NCBI GenBank assembly: GCA_947576095.1
Contig: CANPPW010000003.1
Location: forward strand, 1 to 63,008
Length of the DNA stretch: 63,008 bases
DNA from: an uncultured Mycoplasmatota bacterium
GTDB lineage: Bacteria > Bacillota_I > Bacilli_A > RF39 > UBA660
Direction: 5' to 3'
Shown here in pieces: positions 32,046 to 41,411 of this stretch. Numbering within the stretch: the stretch's first letter is position 1; the number at the start of each line of letters is the position of its first letter. The notes under the pieces are model-generated. The model did not search any database. It was not told where the DNA came from and saw only the letters and a list, made by a program, of their open reading frames with translations. A program made the position numbers and the translations under genes.

Positions 32046-32880
32046 AAAAATATATATTGAAATTACAAATAAATGTAATTTAAATTGTACTTTTTGTTCA
32101 AAAGATAATTTACCTTTAAAAGATATGAATATTTCTGAATTTGAATATATTATAAAGGAGATAAATTCTTATACAGATTATCTTTACCTCCATGTGAAAG
32201 GGGAACCCCTTCTACATCCTTCTTTAAAACAAATTCTAAATATATGTAAAAAATATAATAAAAAAGTAAACATTACAACCAATGGAACATTACTTAAACA
32301 GAATGCTGAAATTTTGATAGAATCAAAAATAGTAAGACAGATAAATATATCTTTGCATAGTGAACATGGCTCTAGAGAAAAATATCTGGAACAAATTCTG
32401 GATGCCACTAAAATATTATTAGAAAAAACAGATATACAAATCGTCTTTAGATACTGGGCTTTATCTAAAAATAAGCTTCTTAAGCAGTATGAAGATGAAA
32501 TAGATGTTATTATGAATTATTTTTCTTTGCCAACTTTTAAAAAGAAAGAAATTCTTGAAAAAGATAATATTACATTATGTAATCATCTATATCTTAATAA
32601 AGAAAAAAGATTTATTTGGCCAAAAGATTCTAAAGCAGAAGGAGAAGTTGGAACCTGTTATGGAAGTAGACATCATCTTGCGATTCTAGTGGATGGAAGG
32701 GTTGTCCCTTGTTGTTTAGATAGTACAGGAATAGTTACTTTTGGTAATATATTTCATGAATCATTTGCGGATATTATAAATAGTCCAAGATTAATAGACA
32801 TGAAAACAAGTTTTCAAAATAGAAAAATAAAAGAACCTTTTTGTCAGAAATGTACATATCGATTTAAATTTAAAATATAA
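32032..32880 (+). CDS. Radical SAM protein with Cys-rich (SPASM-like) C-terminus
   Basis: 282 aa. CNLNCTFC (CxxxCxxC) at the N-terminus. C-terminal cysteines GTCY...VVPCCLD...FCQKCTY. Confidence 0.8.
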   Translation: MVKFKKIYIEITNKCNLNCTFCSKDNLPLKDMNISEFEYIIKEINSYTDYLYLHVKGEPLLHPSLKQILNICKKYNKKVNITTNGTLLKQNAEILIESKIVRQINISLHSEHGSREKYLEQILDATKILLEKTDIQIVFRYWALSKNKLLKQYEDEIDVIMNYFSLPTFKKKEILEKDNITLCNHLYLNKEKRFIWPKDSKAEGEVGTCYGSRHHLAILVDGRVVPCCLDSTGIVTFGNIFHESFADIINSPRLIDMKTSFQNRKIKEPFCQKCTYRFKFKI

Positions 32881-32905
32881 ATGTGTTATAATGAAACAAG
32901 GTGAT

Positions 32906-33334
32906 ATGATGAAGTTTTTAAAAAAATATCGGACCTTTATTTCTGTTTTAGTAGAGTGGGGGATTCATATTCTTGGATATGGAATGATCTTGCTTGCTAT
33001 TTCTGTTTTATTTCCACATACCATTCATATAGATAATGAACATTTTGGCATGTGGGGATTTTTATCATCTTTTATTATTTTTATTTTAAATAAAACCATA
33101 AAACCTATTATTTTTTGGCTTACTATTCCTATTACAGCTTTAACATTAGGTCTGTTTTATCCATTTATTAATGTTTTTATATTACACATTGTTCATTTTA
33201 TATTAGGATCCCATTTTACTATTCATGGAATTTTCATGAGCTTTTTTGTAGCACTCCTAATTTCTATTATGAACCAATTGATGGACCATTTAGTGATTGA
33301 ACCACTATTAGAAAGAGAGAAAACATATGAGTAA
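32906..33334 (+). CDS. DUF360 / holin-4-like small membrane protein
   Basis: About 142 aa with four TM helices. KPIIFWLTIPITALTLGLF segment typical of the family. Start ambiguous (32891, 32906 or 32909). Confidence 0.55.
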   Translation: MMKFLKKYRTFISVLVEWGIHILGYGMILLAISVLFPHTIHIDNEHFGMWGFLSSFIIFILNKTIKPIIFWLTIPITALTLGLFYPFINVFILHIVHFILGSHFTIHGIFMSFFVALLISIMNQLMDHLVIEPLLEREKTYE

Positions 33335-34106
33335 TGTATTTTTAGATTTTGGAGCCATTAAAATTTACTGGTATTCTATTATTTTATTAATTGCCTTTTT
33401 TATAGGAGGAACGCTTGCTTTAAGGGAAGCCAAAAGAAAGCAAATATCAGAGAATTTTATGACAAATTATTTTTTCTATTTGGTTCCTATTGTTATTATA
33501 GGGGCAAGACTTTATTTTGTTATTTTTAATTTAAATTATTATCAAAGTAATTGGATTGACATTTTAAAAGTATGGGAAGGTGGTCTTGCTATTCATGGAG
33601 GATTAATAGCGGGTATTTTATTTACATATTATTATACACAAAAATATCATGTTCCATTTTTAAAATTATTAGATATTGTCTCTGTTTCTCTTATTATTGG
33701 TCAGGCAATTGGTCGTTGGGGAAATTTTATGAATAAAGAGGCTTTTGGTCCTATAACAACATTAGAATCATTACAAAAAATGCTTATCCCTGATTTCGTT
33801 ATAACTGGCATGAAAATAGGAGGGATTTATCATATTCCAACCTTTTACTATGAATCTATCTGGTGTTTGATTGGCTTTTTGCTTATGCTTCTTTTACGAA
33901 AATATAAAAATTTAAAAGTCGGCAATTTGACAAGTTTTTATTTAGTATGGTATGGAATTGGAAGATTTTTTATTGAGAGTTTAAGACAAGATAGTTTAAT
34001 GTTTGGCTTTATTAAAATGGCACAGATGGTATCTGTGATTATGATTGTGATAGGGATTATTATGTTTGTATTTTCAAAGAAATCATCATCATCTAAAAAG
34101 TATTAG
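33327..34106 (+). CDS. lgt: Prolipoprotein diacylglyceryl transferase
   Basis: 259 aa. WEGGLAIHGGLIAG and GRWGNFMNKEAFG motifs. Confidence 0.92.
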   Translation: MSNVFLDFGAIKIYWYSIILLIAFFIGGTLALREAKRKQISENFMTNYFFYLVPIVIIGARLYFVIFNLNYYQSNWIDILKVWEGGLAIHGGLIAGILFTYYYTQKYHVPFLKLLDIVSVSLIIGQAIGRWGNFMNKEAFGPITTLESLQKMLIPDFVITGMKIGGIYHIPTFYYESIWCLIGFLLMLLLRKYKNLKVGNLTSFYLVWYGIGRFFIESLRQDSLMFGFIKMAQMVSVIMIVIGIIMFVFSKKSSSSKKY

Positions 34107-34120
34107 AAAGGAAAAAGGTT

Positions 34121-35026
34121 ATGGAAGCGAGAAGATACGATACGATCATCATTGGATCTGGAATTGCTGGAATGACAGCATCTATTTATTTAAAAAGAGA
34201 AAATTTAGATGTTTTAATCCTTGAAAGAGAAGTACCAGGAGGACAGCTCGTAAGATCGCCTTTAATAGAAAATTATCCTGGGTATGATAAAGTAGAAGGA
34301 CCAGAACTTGCTTTAACTATTCATAATCAAGTAAGAGAACTTGGAGTACCTGTTTCTTTTGAAGAAGTATTAGAAATTATAGACTGTAATTCATATAAAA
34401 AAGTTATAACCAATCAAAATGAATATGAAACAAGAACAGTTCTCTTAGCTACGGGTCGCTCTCCTAGAAAATTGAACCTTCAAAATGAAGATAAATTTCT
34501 AGGGAAAGGTATTAGTTATTGTGCAACCTGTGATGGTGCTTTATATAAAAATAAAACAGTTGCGGTAGTAGGTGGAGGAAATAGTGCATCCATTGAGGCC
34601 TTATTCTTATCCAACATTTGTAAGAAAGTTTTTTTAATTCATCGAAAAGATCAATTGCGTAGTGAGCTTGCTTTGCAAGAGAAACTTGAAAGAAAAGAGA
34701 ATATCGAAATCATATATGAAAAGTCTATTATTAAACTTGGAGAGGAGAATGGGAAATTTTCTTTTATAGAATTATCAGATAAAAGTATTATAAATATAGA
34801 TGGTTTATTTATCTATATAGGATTTACTCCTAATGTAGATGCCTTTCATTTATCTGTGAAAAAGAAAGATGGATATATTGTTACAAATGAAAATATGCAA
34901 ACAAGCATTGCAGGTATTTATGCTTGTGGAGATATTATATCAAAACAAGTATATCAGCTAACAACAGCGGTTGGAGAAGCATCCATAGCTGCAGAAAATA
35001 TAAAAAAAGAATTGATTATAGAATAA
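34121..35026 (+). CDS. trxB: Thioredoxin-disulfide reductase
   Basis: 301 aa. FAD motif GSGIAGMTAS, redox CATCDG, NADPH motif GGGNSA. Confidence 0.9.
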   Translation: MEARRYDTIIIGSGIAGMTASIYLKRENLDVLILEREVPGGQLVRSPLIENYPGYDKVEGPELALTIHNQVRELGVPVSFEEVLEIIDCNSYKKVITNQNEYETRTVLLATGRSPRKLNLQNEDKFLGKGISYCATCDGALYKNKTVAVVGGGNSASIEALFLSNICKKVFLIHRKDQLRSELALQEKLERKENIEIIYEKSIIKLGEENGKFSFIELSDKSIINIDGLFIYIGFTPNVDAFHLSVKKKDGYIVTNENMQTSIAGIYACGDIISKQVYQLTTAVGEASIAAENIKKELIIE

Positions 35027-35037
35027 GGAGAAGATAC

Positions 35038-36042
35038 ATGTATAAGAAAATACTTGTTCTAGGTGGAGGAACGGGAATGTCTTCTTTGCTGAAAGGGTTA
35101 AAAGATTTTCCATTATCCATAACAGCCATTGTAAGTGTATGTGATGATGGCCAAAGTACAGGCAGGTTAAGAAAAGAGTTTGGAGTTCCCGCTATGGGGG
35201 ATATTCGAAAAGTATTAGTAGCTCTTTCTGGTACAGATGATATTATAAAAGATGCCTTACAGTATCGTTTTGAAACAAATAGTGACTTAAATGGTCATCC
35301 TGTTGGAAATCTTTTATTAACATCTTTAATGAACATGACAGGGAGTTTAAAAGAAAGTATAGAAGCATTATCAAAATTGTTAAAAGTAAAAGGAACTGTT
35401 TTACCACTTACAGAAGATTTGGTAACGCTTATTGGAAAAATGGAAGATCACACAATCGTGGAAGGTCAGCATTTTATTACAGATTCCCCAAAAAGAATTA
35501 TAGATATTGATTATAAACAAGAAATAAGTATTTCTAAGGACGTTCGAGATGCTATTCGTGATGCAGATTATATTTTGTTTAGTATGGGAAGTCTTTATAC
35601 AAGTATTATTCCCAATATTATTAGTAAAGAAATACAAAATGAAATTGATAAAAGTAAAGCAAAACTTTTATATATTTGTAACATTATGACACAGCCAGGA
35701 GAAACAGAAAAGTATACAGTAAGTAATCATATAAAAGAATTGAATCGCTTTCTTGGAAAGAAAAAAATTGAAGCAGTTTTTGTAAATACAGGGGAAGTAG
35801 AAACCTCTCTTATTAAGAAATATGAAACTTTAGAACAAAAAGATCTTGTTAAAGTGGATCAAGAGGAAATAGAAAAATGTGTAAAAGAAGCGATTTATAA
35901 TAATTATGCCATAATAGAAAATGGAGTGATTCGCCATGATAATATTAAAATAAGCAACGATATACTTTCCTATATCATTAGTAAGGAGGAACCCAATGTC
36001 CTTTACGTCAAAAATCAAAGAGGAAATTACAAAAGTACCTAA
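35038..36042 (+). CDS. yvcK: YvcK/CofD-family (gluconeogenesis factor-like) protein
   Basis: AAGGAG RBS before the ATG at 35038. Begins MYKKILVLGGGTGMSSLLKGLK. Upstream of whiA as in other Bacillota. The track's 34924 start overlaps trxB. Confidence 0.88.
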   Translation: MYKKILVLGGGTGMSSLLKGLKDFPLSITAIVSVCDDGQSTGRLRKEFGVPAMGDIRKVLVALSGTDDIIKDALQYRFETNSDLNGHPVGNLLLTSLMNMTGSLKESIEALSKLLKVKGTVLPLTEDLVTLIGKMEDHTIVEGQHFITDSPKRIIDIDYKQEISISKDVRDAIRDADYILFSMGSLYTSIIPNIISKEIQNEIDKSKAKLLYICNIMTQPGETEKYTVSNHIKELNRFLGKKKIEAVFVNTGEVETSLIKKYETLEQKDLVKVDQEEIEKCVKEAIYNNYAIIENGVIRHDNIKISNDILSYIISKEEPNVLYVKNQRGNYKST

Positions 36043-36922
36043 AATAAAAGCCGAAAAAATCAGCGAATTATCAGCTATCATTAGAAATAATGGAGCAATA
36101 GGTGATACTATAAAAATAACAACTGAAAATGATTCTCTTGCTAGGTATCTTTATAAAATTATAAAAGAAATATATGATGTATCTGTAAAAGTTATGGTTC
36201 GAAAGGGATATAATTTTCATAAAAATTATATTTATCTTTTAGAAATAAAAAAAAATATTAATGAAATATTAGATGATTTAGGAATTCTAAAAGAGCAAAA
36301 CTATAAAAATATTCCTCCTGAGTATATTCTAGGAGATGAAGAGATGATAGGAGCCTATTTAAGTGGGTTATTTCTTGCTTGTGGCAGTATCAATGATCCT
36401 AAAACCTCTAGATATCATTTAGAATTTCTTGTGGATGAAGAGGAATATGCCGATTTTTTATCTCAACTTTTAAGTAGACTTCATTTAGGAAGCAAGGTAT
36501 TAAAAAGAGAAAATAAATATATGATCTATATAAAAGAAGCAGAAAAAATAGGAGATTATTTACGCCATATAAAAGCAGTGAAGGCTGTATTATATTTTGA
36601 AGAAATTCGTATTTATAGAAGTCGTAAGAATATGGTAAATCGTTTAAATAATTGTGAACAAGCAAATGTAGATAAAATGATTAGTACATCTTTTATGCAA
36701 GTTCAAGATATTGAACTTTTAAAAAAATCAGGAACATTTGATTTATTAGATGAGAAGCTAAAAGAAGTATGCATATATCGTTTAAAATATAAAGATGTGT
36801 CTCTATCTGAATTAAGTGATATAATTTCTTTAGAAACAGGCAATTCCATCACAAAGTCAGGATTACATCACAGGTTTAAAAAAATTAGTGATTTGGCTTC
36901 TAAAGTAAGGGGGTCCATATGA
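35996..36922 (+). CDS. whiA: DNA-binding protein WhiA
   Basis: 308 aa. SFTSKIKEE N-terminus, LAGLIDADG-derived core (GAYLSGLFLACGSINDP), C-terminal HTH. Confidence 0.92.
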   Translation: MSFTSKIKEEITKVPKIKAEKISELSAIIRNNGAIGDTIKITTENDSLARYLYKIIKEIYDVSVKVMVRKGYNFHKNYIYLLEIKKNINEILDDLGILKEQNYKNIPPEYILGDEEMIGAYLSGLFLACGSINDPKTSRYHLEFLVDEEEYADFLSQLLSRLHLGSKVLKRENKYMIYIKEAEKIGDYLRHIKAVKAVLYFEEIRIYRSRKNMVNRLNNCEQANVDKMISTSFMQVQDIELLKKSGTFDLLDEKLKEVCIYRLKYKDVSLSELSDIISLETGNSITKSGLHHRFKKISDLASKVRGSI

Positions 36923-37746
36923 AATATTCTCCAAAAAATATGAAAGAAAACTTAACAAGTAACGATTTTTTATTTAAGAAGAAATTTGGACAAAATTTTA
37001 TTATAGATGAAAATATAATTGATGCTATTACATTAAAATCTTCGATTGATAAGGATACACTTGTTATTGAGATAGGTCCAGGAGCAGGTTCTCTTACTTA
37101 TAAACTGTGTTCTAAAGCAGCCTTTGTGCTTTGTTATGAAATTGATAAAGAATTAAAAAATGTTTTAGAAGAAAACTTAAATTCTTGTGAAAATTATGAA
37201 ATTGTTTACGAAGATTTTTTAAAAGCAAATGTAAAAAGTAAATTAAAGGAATACCCTTATTCTAAAATATATGTAGTAGCAAATTTACCTTATTATATAA
37301 CAACACCTATCATTATAAAAATTATTGAAGATCAAATTCCAGTCCAAAAAATGATATTAATGGTACAAAAAGAAGTAGGGAACCGGTTTAGAGCCCAACC
37401 TGGAACGAAAGAGTATAATTCTCTCACTATTTTTCTAAATTATTACTTTTCTATCAAAAAAATATTAGATGTAAATCGAAATGTATTTTTACCAAAACCG
37501 AATGTAGATTCTATTGTAGTATCTTTTACACGTAAAGAGTTGTCTAATAAAGTACATAACGAATCGTTATTTTTCAAACTCATCCGTGATAGTTTTAGAC
37601 AAAAAAGAAAAACACTTCGTAATAATTTAAAAGAGTATGATTTAAAAAAAATAGAATCTATATTAAACGAAAAGGGATATGATTTATCTGTAAGGGCAGA
37701 AAATTTACCAATGGAAGTTTTTATAGATATTGCGAATGCATTATAA
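36919..37746 (+). CDS. rsmA: 16S rRNA (adenine1518/1519-N6)-dimethyltransferase
   Basis: 275 aa. KKFGQNFI, EIGPGAGSLT, ANLPYYITTPI. Confidence 0.94.
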   Translation: MKYSPKNMKENLTSNDFLFKKKFGQNFIIDENIIDAITLKSSIDKDTLVIEIGPGAGSLTYKLCSKAAFVLCYEIDKELKNVLEENLNSCENYEIVYEDFLKANVKSKLKEYPYSKIYVVANLPYYITTPIIIKIIEDQIPVQKMILMVQKEVGNRFRAQPGTKEYNSLTIFLNYYFSIKKILDVNRNVFLPKPNVDSIVVSFTRKELSNKVHNESLFFKLIRDSFRQKRKTLRNNLKEYDLKKIESILNEKGYDLSVRAENLPMEVFIDIANAL

Positions 37747-37816
37747 ATAGTTTTTCTATTATAATCGAAGATGAATATAAATTATCCAGGGCTTTGCTTC
37801 GAAGAAAAATATGATA

Positions 37817-37954
37817 CTAAGGTATATAAGTAAGAATGTCATCTGTTAATTGGATTGATATTTGATTTATACTTTTTCTTACATTTAAACCATTTTCCAT
37901 ATTTTTTCTTTCTTCATATGAAAGATGACGATAATTTTTATAATAAAATTCCTT
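37817..37954 (-). pseudogene. IS30-family transposase N-terminal remnant
   Basis: The minus strand reads ...KEFYYKNYRHLSYEERKNMENGLNVRKSINQISIQLTDDILTYIP*. This resembles the IS30 HTH lead (kHLtleeR..Ie.gL..g.S...IA..L). No catalytic domain follows. Confidence 0.45.
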
Positions 37955-38073
37955 CTTCAAATAACAAACAAATTGCTTGACAAATATTATATACTATTAC
38001 AAAACTTACTGCACAACTATTGTGCACTTTCAATTTTAACTTATATATGATTATTCTTTCCATCAGACTATAA

Positions 38074-38108
38074 GGAAAAAGACTGTTGTTTCTTTTTCTC
38101 AACAGTCT
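38074..38108 (-). terminator. Terminator of the minus-strand ORF 38139-38753
   Basis: agactgttg (38080-38088) pairs with caacagtct (38100-38108). A-run 38076-80 gives a T-run on the minus strand. Confidence 0.6.
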
Positions 38109-38138
38109 GATATTTTATATAATAAAATGTTTTAAATA

Positions 38139-38753
38139 TTAATTTATATCACGTAAAGATAAAATTTTTTGGTTAGCTTGAGATATTTTGTGCTTATAGT
38201 GGAACAGCTGATATTTTTGTGTCTCTACAAGCGTATAATCAACTACCTTTTGTGTCTCTATAAACTGAAATTGATTTAAATACTCTTTTACAACTTCTAT
38301 ATATTCAGGGTATTCTGGCTCAGAATTTTTAAACAAAAACCGAAAAATGCATTCTTGATATAGATATTCATAAAGATGAGCAAAACAAAATCTCTCCACA
38401 TGTAGAAAGGATATCCTATAACTGAGTGCTAGGAATTTTTGAATAATAATAGGATCCTTATAAACTATAACTATACCAGGCGTCCAACCTATTTTAGGAT
38501 ATCCTAAAGTATCATAATCATATTCAAAACAATGAAACCCTTTAATACTCTTCGCCACTCTTTCACTTGGATTGACTCTATAAGGAGTAAATGGTTTTGG
38601 ATCATCTACATCTTTAAAAGTAGCTCCTAGACGTAATGATGCCTCATTAATTCACTCCATGAATTTGATTGGATCATATATGACCTGATTTACATACATC
38701 TCATATTCAGACTTGTATAAATAAAATTCTTCCCTTTTCATATCTTTCTCCAT
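38139..38753 (-). pseudogene. Hypothetical gene interrupted by one in-frame TGA
   Basis: The minus frame is open from ATG 38753 (MEKDMKREEFYLYKSEYEMYVNQVIYDPIKFME) through TGA at 38652-38654 into INEASLRLGATFKDVDDPKPF...ERVAKSIKGFH... (the track ORF). No recognisable domain. Confidence 0.5.
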
Positions 38754-39005
38754 AAAGACATTTTCCTTCCTTTATAAAATAAGAAATATTCCTAATCCCA
38801 TTTATAATAAAACACATCTGTGTATGAAACAAACTTATTTTCAACAAAAAATAACTTTATTTCATCAACTGAAAAAGTCTTTTGTTCAGCATTTGTTATA
38901 TTCAACATTTTCCTTCTTTTAACTACTTTCTATGATAAGTATCTCTTATCATAAATTATGATTTTTCATAGAAAGAGAAAATGTTAAATATGTCTTTAAT
39001 CGAAA

Positions 39006-39032
39006 CAATAACAGTTCAATGAACTGTTATTG
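39006..39032. repeat. 27-bp perfect palindrome
   Basis: caataacagttc aat gaactgttattg, in decayed non-coding DNA. Confidence 0.9.
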
Positions 39033-39232
39033 TAAGCAGTACCATCAATCATAATTAATCTCCTCCTTTTAGGAGAAGGGATCCTTAAAGGATGTGATTT
39101 GTAATCTTTATTAAAACATTTATGTTTGATAGATTTAACCTAATGTTTCTTTTTATATAGTGATTTATAGAATGGATACCTTCTAACTTTAAGATTGTCT
39201 TCTTTAACTATTTTTATCATCATCTTAAGATT

Positions 39233-39559
39233 TCAAATAACATCTTCATGATAGATATTTTGAAATTGTGATATTGCATATTTATTCTTAAAGTTCTTAA
39301 TAAATCCAATTTCTTTGTTGGAAGGTGAATTATTAGAAGGTTTATTTGTTAAACCGTGAACTAAAATAGAATTAATATCCTTTTCTTTTAATGTAACCGA
39401 TAATCTATATATTTGTGATTTATTATAAACAGTAAGAGAACCAATTTGAGAATAAGAGAAATCTTTTAATCCATTTAATTTTTCTTGAAAAAGTTTTAAT
39501 GCATATTCTTTATTATGTATATAAAAATATCTCTTTTCTGGTGGGATATTATATAACAT
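39233..39559 (-). mobile_element. Truncated ISNCY/IS1202-like transposase (N-terminal HTH part only)
   Basis: 108-aa ORF with ...SQIYRLSVTLKEKDINSILVHGLTNKPSNNSPSNKEIGFIKNFKNKY.... This resembles the H-G-n-x-G-r-k-P-x-N lead of that family. No DDE core follows, only stop-riddled sequence. Confidence 0.5.
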
Positions 39560-39681
39560 AAGTTTGGTAACATTTTAAAAATGGATTAACAAAAAATAAA
39601 AATTATTGCTAAATAATTAGTTTTGTTTTATAACAAACATTGTTTTTGAGGACTAATGTATCAAAATTAAGGAGGAAAATT

Positions 39682-41406
39682 ATGGAAGATGGATTTATTG
39701 CCTATGTTGGGACAGAAATAGAAGAAGAAGAAATAAAGAATTTATTAGAAACACTTTGTGCAGATAAAATGGAATGGGAAAGAGATGCAACCTATCAATC
39801 TCGTATAATAAAAGGTGCGGGTGCTATTTTTGGTCAAGTCATTGATTGCGATACTTTTCGACAAAAAGTAACTTTACCTGCTTTATATAATAATTTGCTA
39901 TATGTAGCAAGTTATGATTATTCTGCATTTATGAAGATTGAAGATGACTTTGTTGGTGACTATGATTTCGATTATGAATACCCTCATATATTAATTCCAG
40001 CTCTATTAAAGGATTATGATACAAAGGCCTTTCATTTGTTAGAATCAGTAGGTGTAACATGTGCATTTGCTAGTTATGATAGAAAAACAAGATCCTTTAC
40101 TGCTGCTAAAATTGGTGATTATAAATTTTTTTATGGATATACAAAACAAAATCATGAGATAATCTTTTCTGATAATGCCAAAATAATACGAGAATTATGT
40201 GGATCTGCAAAAGACTTCCCAGATGATTGTTTTTATAGATATGGTACATTTTATACATTTAAAAAACCACAAGAAGAAATAATATACGTAAATCCAGAGG
40301 ATTTTGATCAAAAACCATTTGAAAATACCACATTAATAGCAAATATTGAAAAAACATTTAATGAATCTTTAGCAGATTTAGAGCTACATAAAAAAGTTGA
40401 TGAATTTATAGATCAAAACTTGAGTATTGAAGTAAAAAAAAGATTATTAAAAATAATAAAACAAGAAATTCAAAAATATAATATTCAAGGAAAAGTTCAA
40501 GAACAAATGACTCAGGTTTCACAACAACTTGGAGAAAAGATCACTGAAGCAGTTGCAAAATCATTAGATAAAATATCTATTCCTACAATTCATATTATTA
40601 AACTTGGAGAAACAGAATTAGGTAGAACAAATGCAGAATTGTTTCATGAAAAATTTGAGGAAGTTTTATCTTTAGTTCAATTAGATGAGCCAGTTATGTT
40701 AATTGGACCTACAGGATCTGGTAAAAACCAAGCTATTAGCCAAATAGCAAGAGCATTAGGTTTACACATGTATTATACAAATAATGCATCAAACGAATTT
40801 AAATTAACTGGATTTATTGATGCAGGTGGTACTTACAGAGATACTGAGTTTTATAAAGCATTTAAAAATGGTGGTATATTCTTTTTAGACGAAATTGATT
40901 GCTCTGATCCCTCAGCATTAATAGTAATTAATTCAGCACTTGCAAATGGGTATATGGCTTTTCCACATGAAACAATAGATAGACATCCTGATTTTAGAAT
41001 AGTTGCAGCTGCGAATACTTGGGGAAAAGGATCAGATTTACAATATGTTGGAAGAACTGCTTTAGATGATGCGACACTTGATAGATTTGATAATGTTTTC
41101 TTTGACTATGATAGAAATCTAGAAAAAGGATTATATCCTAGTGAACAAGTATTAAGATTTATGTGGTCATTTAGAGATGCCATTGAAACTGCTAAAATGC
41201 TACATAATGTATCAACTCGTGGTATAGGTAAAGTTTATAAAAAAGAAATAAATGGAATTCCTACAGAAACAATATTAAGAGTGAATGTAATTAGAAATTT
41301 AGGGCAAGATGATTTAAATATTATTTTAGGAAATATGCAAAATATAGATTCAAATAATAAATACTTTGAAACAGCAAAAAGCTTAAAATTAGTTAATAGT
41401 AGGTAA
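39682..41406 (+). CDS. CobS/MoxR-type (AAA_5) ATPase fused to an unusual ~330-aa N-terminal region
   Basis: AAGGAGG RBS before the ATG at 39682. C-terminal ~250 aa carry Walker A GPTGSGKN, Walker B IFFLDEID, then RIVAAANTWGKGSDLQYVGRTALDDATLDRF, which is CobS-like. N-terminal ~200 aa resemble an AsnB-type Ntn amidotransferase fold without the Cys nucleophile. A coiled-coil linker lies between. Confidence 0.75.
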   Translation: MEDGFIAYVGTEIEEEEIKNLLETLCADKMEWERDATYQSRIIKGAGAIFGQVIDCDTFRQKVTLPALYNNLLYVASYDYSAFMKIEDDFVGDYDFDYEYPHILIPALLKDYDTKAFHLLESVGVTCAFASYDRKTRSFTAAKIGDYKFFYGYTKQNHEIIFSDNAKIIRELCGSAKDFPDDCFYRYGTFYTFKKPQEEIIYVNPEDFDQKPFENTTLIANIEKTFNESLADLELHKKVDEFIDQNLSIEVKKRLLKIIKQEIQKYNIQGKVQEQMTQVSQQLGEKITEAVAKSLDKISIPTIHIIKLGETELGRTNAELFHEKFEEVLSLVQLDEPVMLIGPTGSGKNQAISQIARALGLHMYYTNNASNEFKLTGFIDAGGTYRDTEFYKAFKNGGIFFLDEIDCSDPSALIVINSALANGYMAFPHETIDRHPDFRIVAAANTWGKGSDLQYVGRTALDDATLDRFDNVFFDYDRNLEKGLYPSEQVLRFMWSFRDAIETAKMLHNVSTRGIGKVYKKEINGIPTETILRVNVIRNLGQDDLNIILGNMQNIDSNNKYFETAKSLKLVNSR

Positions 41407-41411
41407 TAATT

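Noticed and set aside
32906-33334. A holin-family annotation might indicate a prophage
   Set aside because: DUF360/holin-4-like proteins are common chromosomal membrane proteins. The flanking genes (radical SAM, lgt, trxB) are not phage genes, and no lysin, integrase or structural genes are nearby.
34924-35037. Track start of the yvcK ORF at 34924, overlapping trxB by ~100 nt
   Set aside because: The extension (MWRYYIKTSISANNSGW...) lies out of frame over the trxB 3' end. The ATG at 35038 has an AAGGAG RBS and gives the conserved LVLGGGTG N-terminus.
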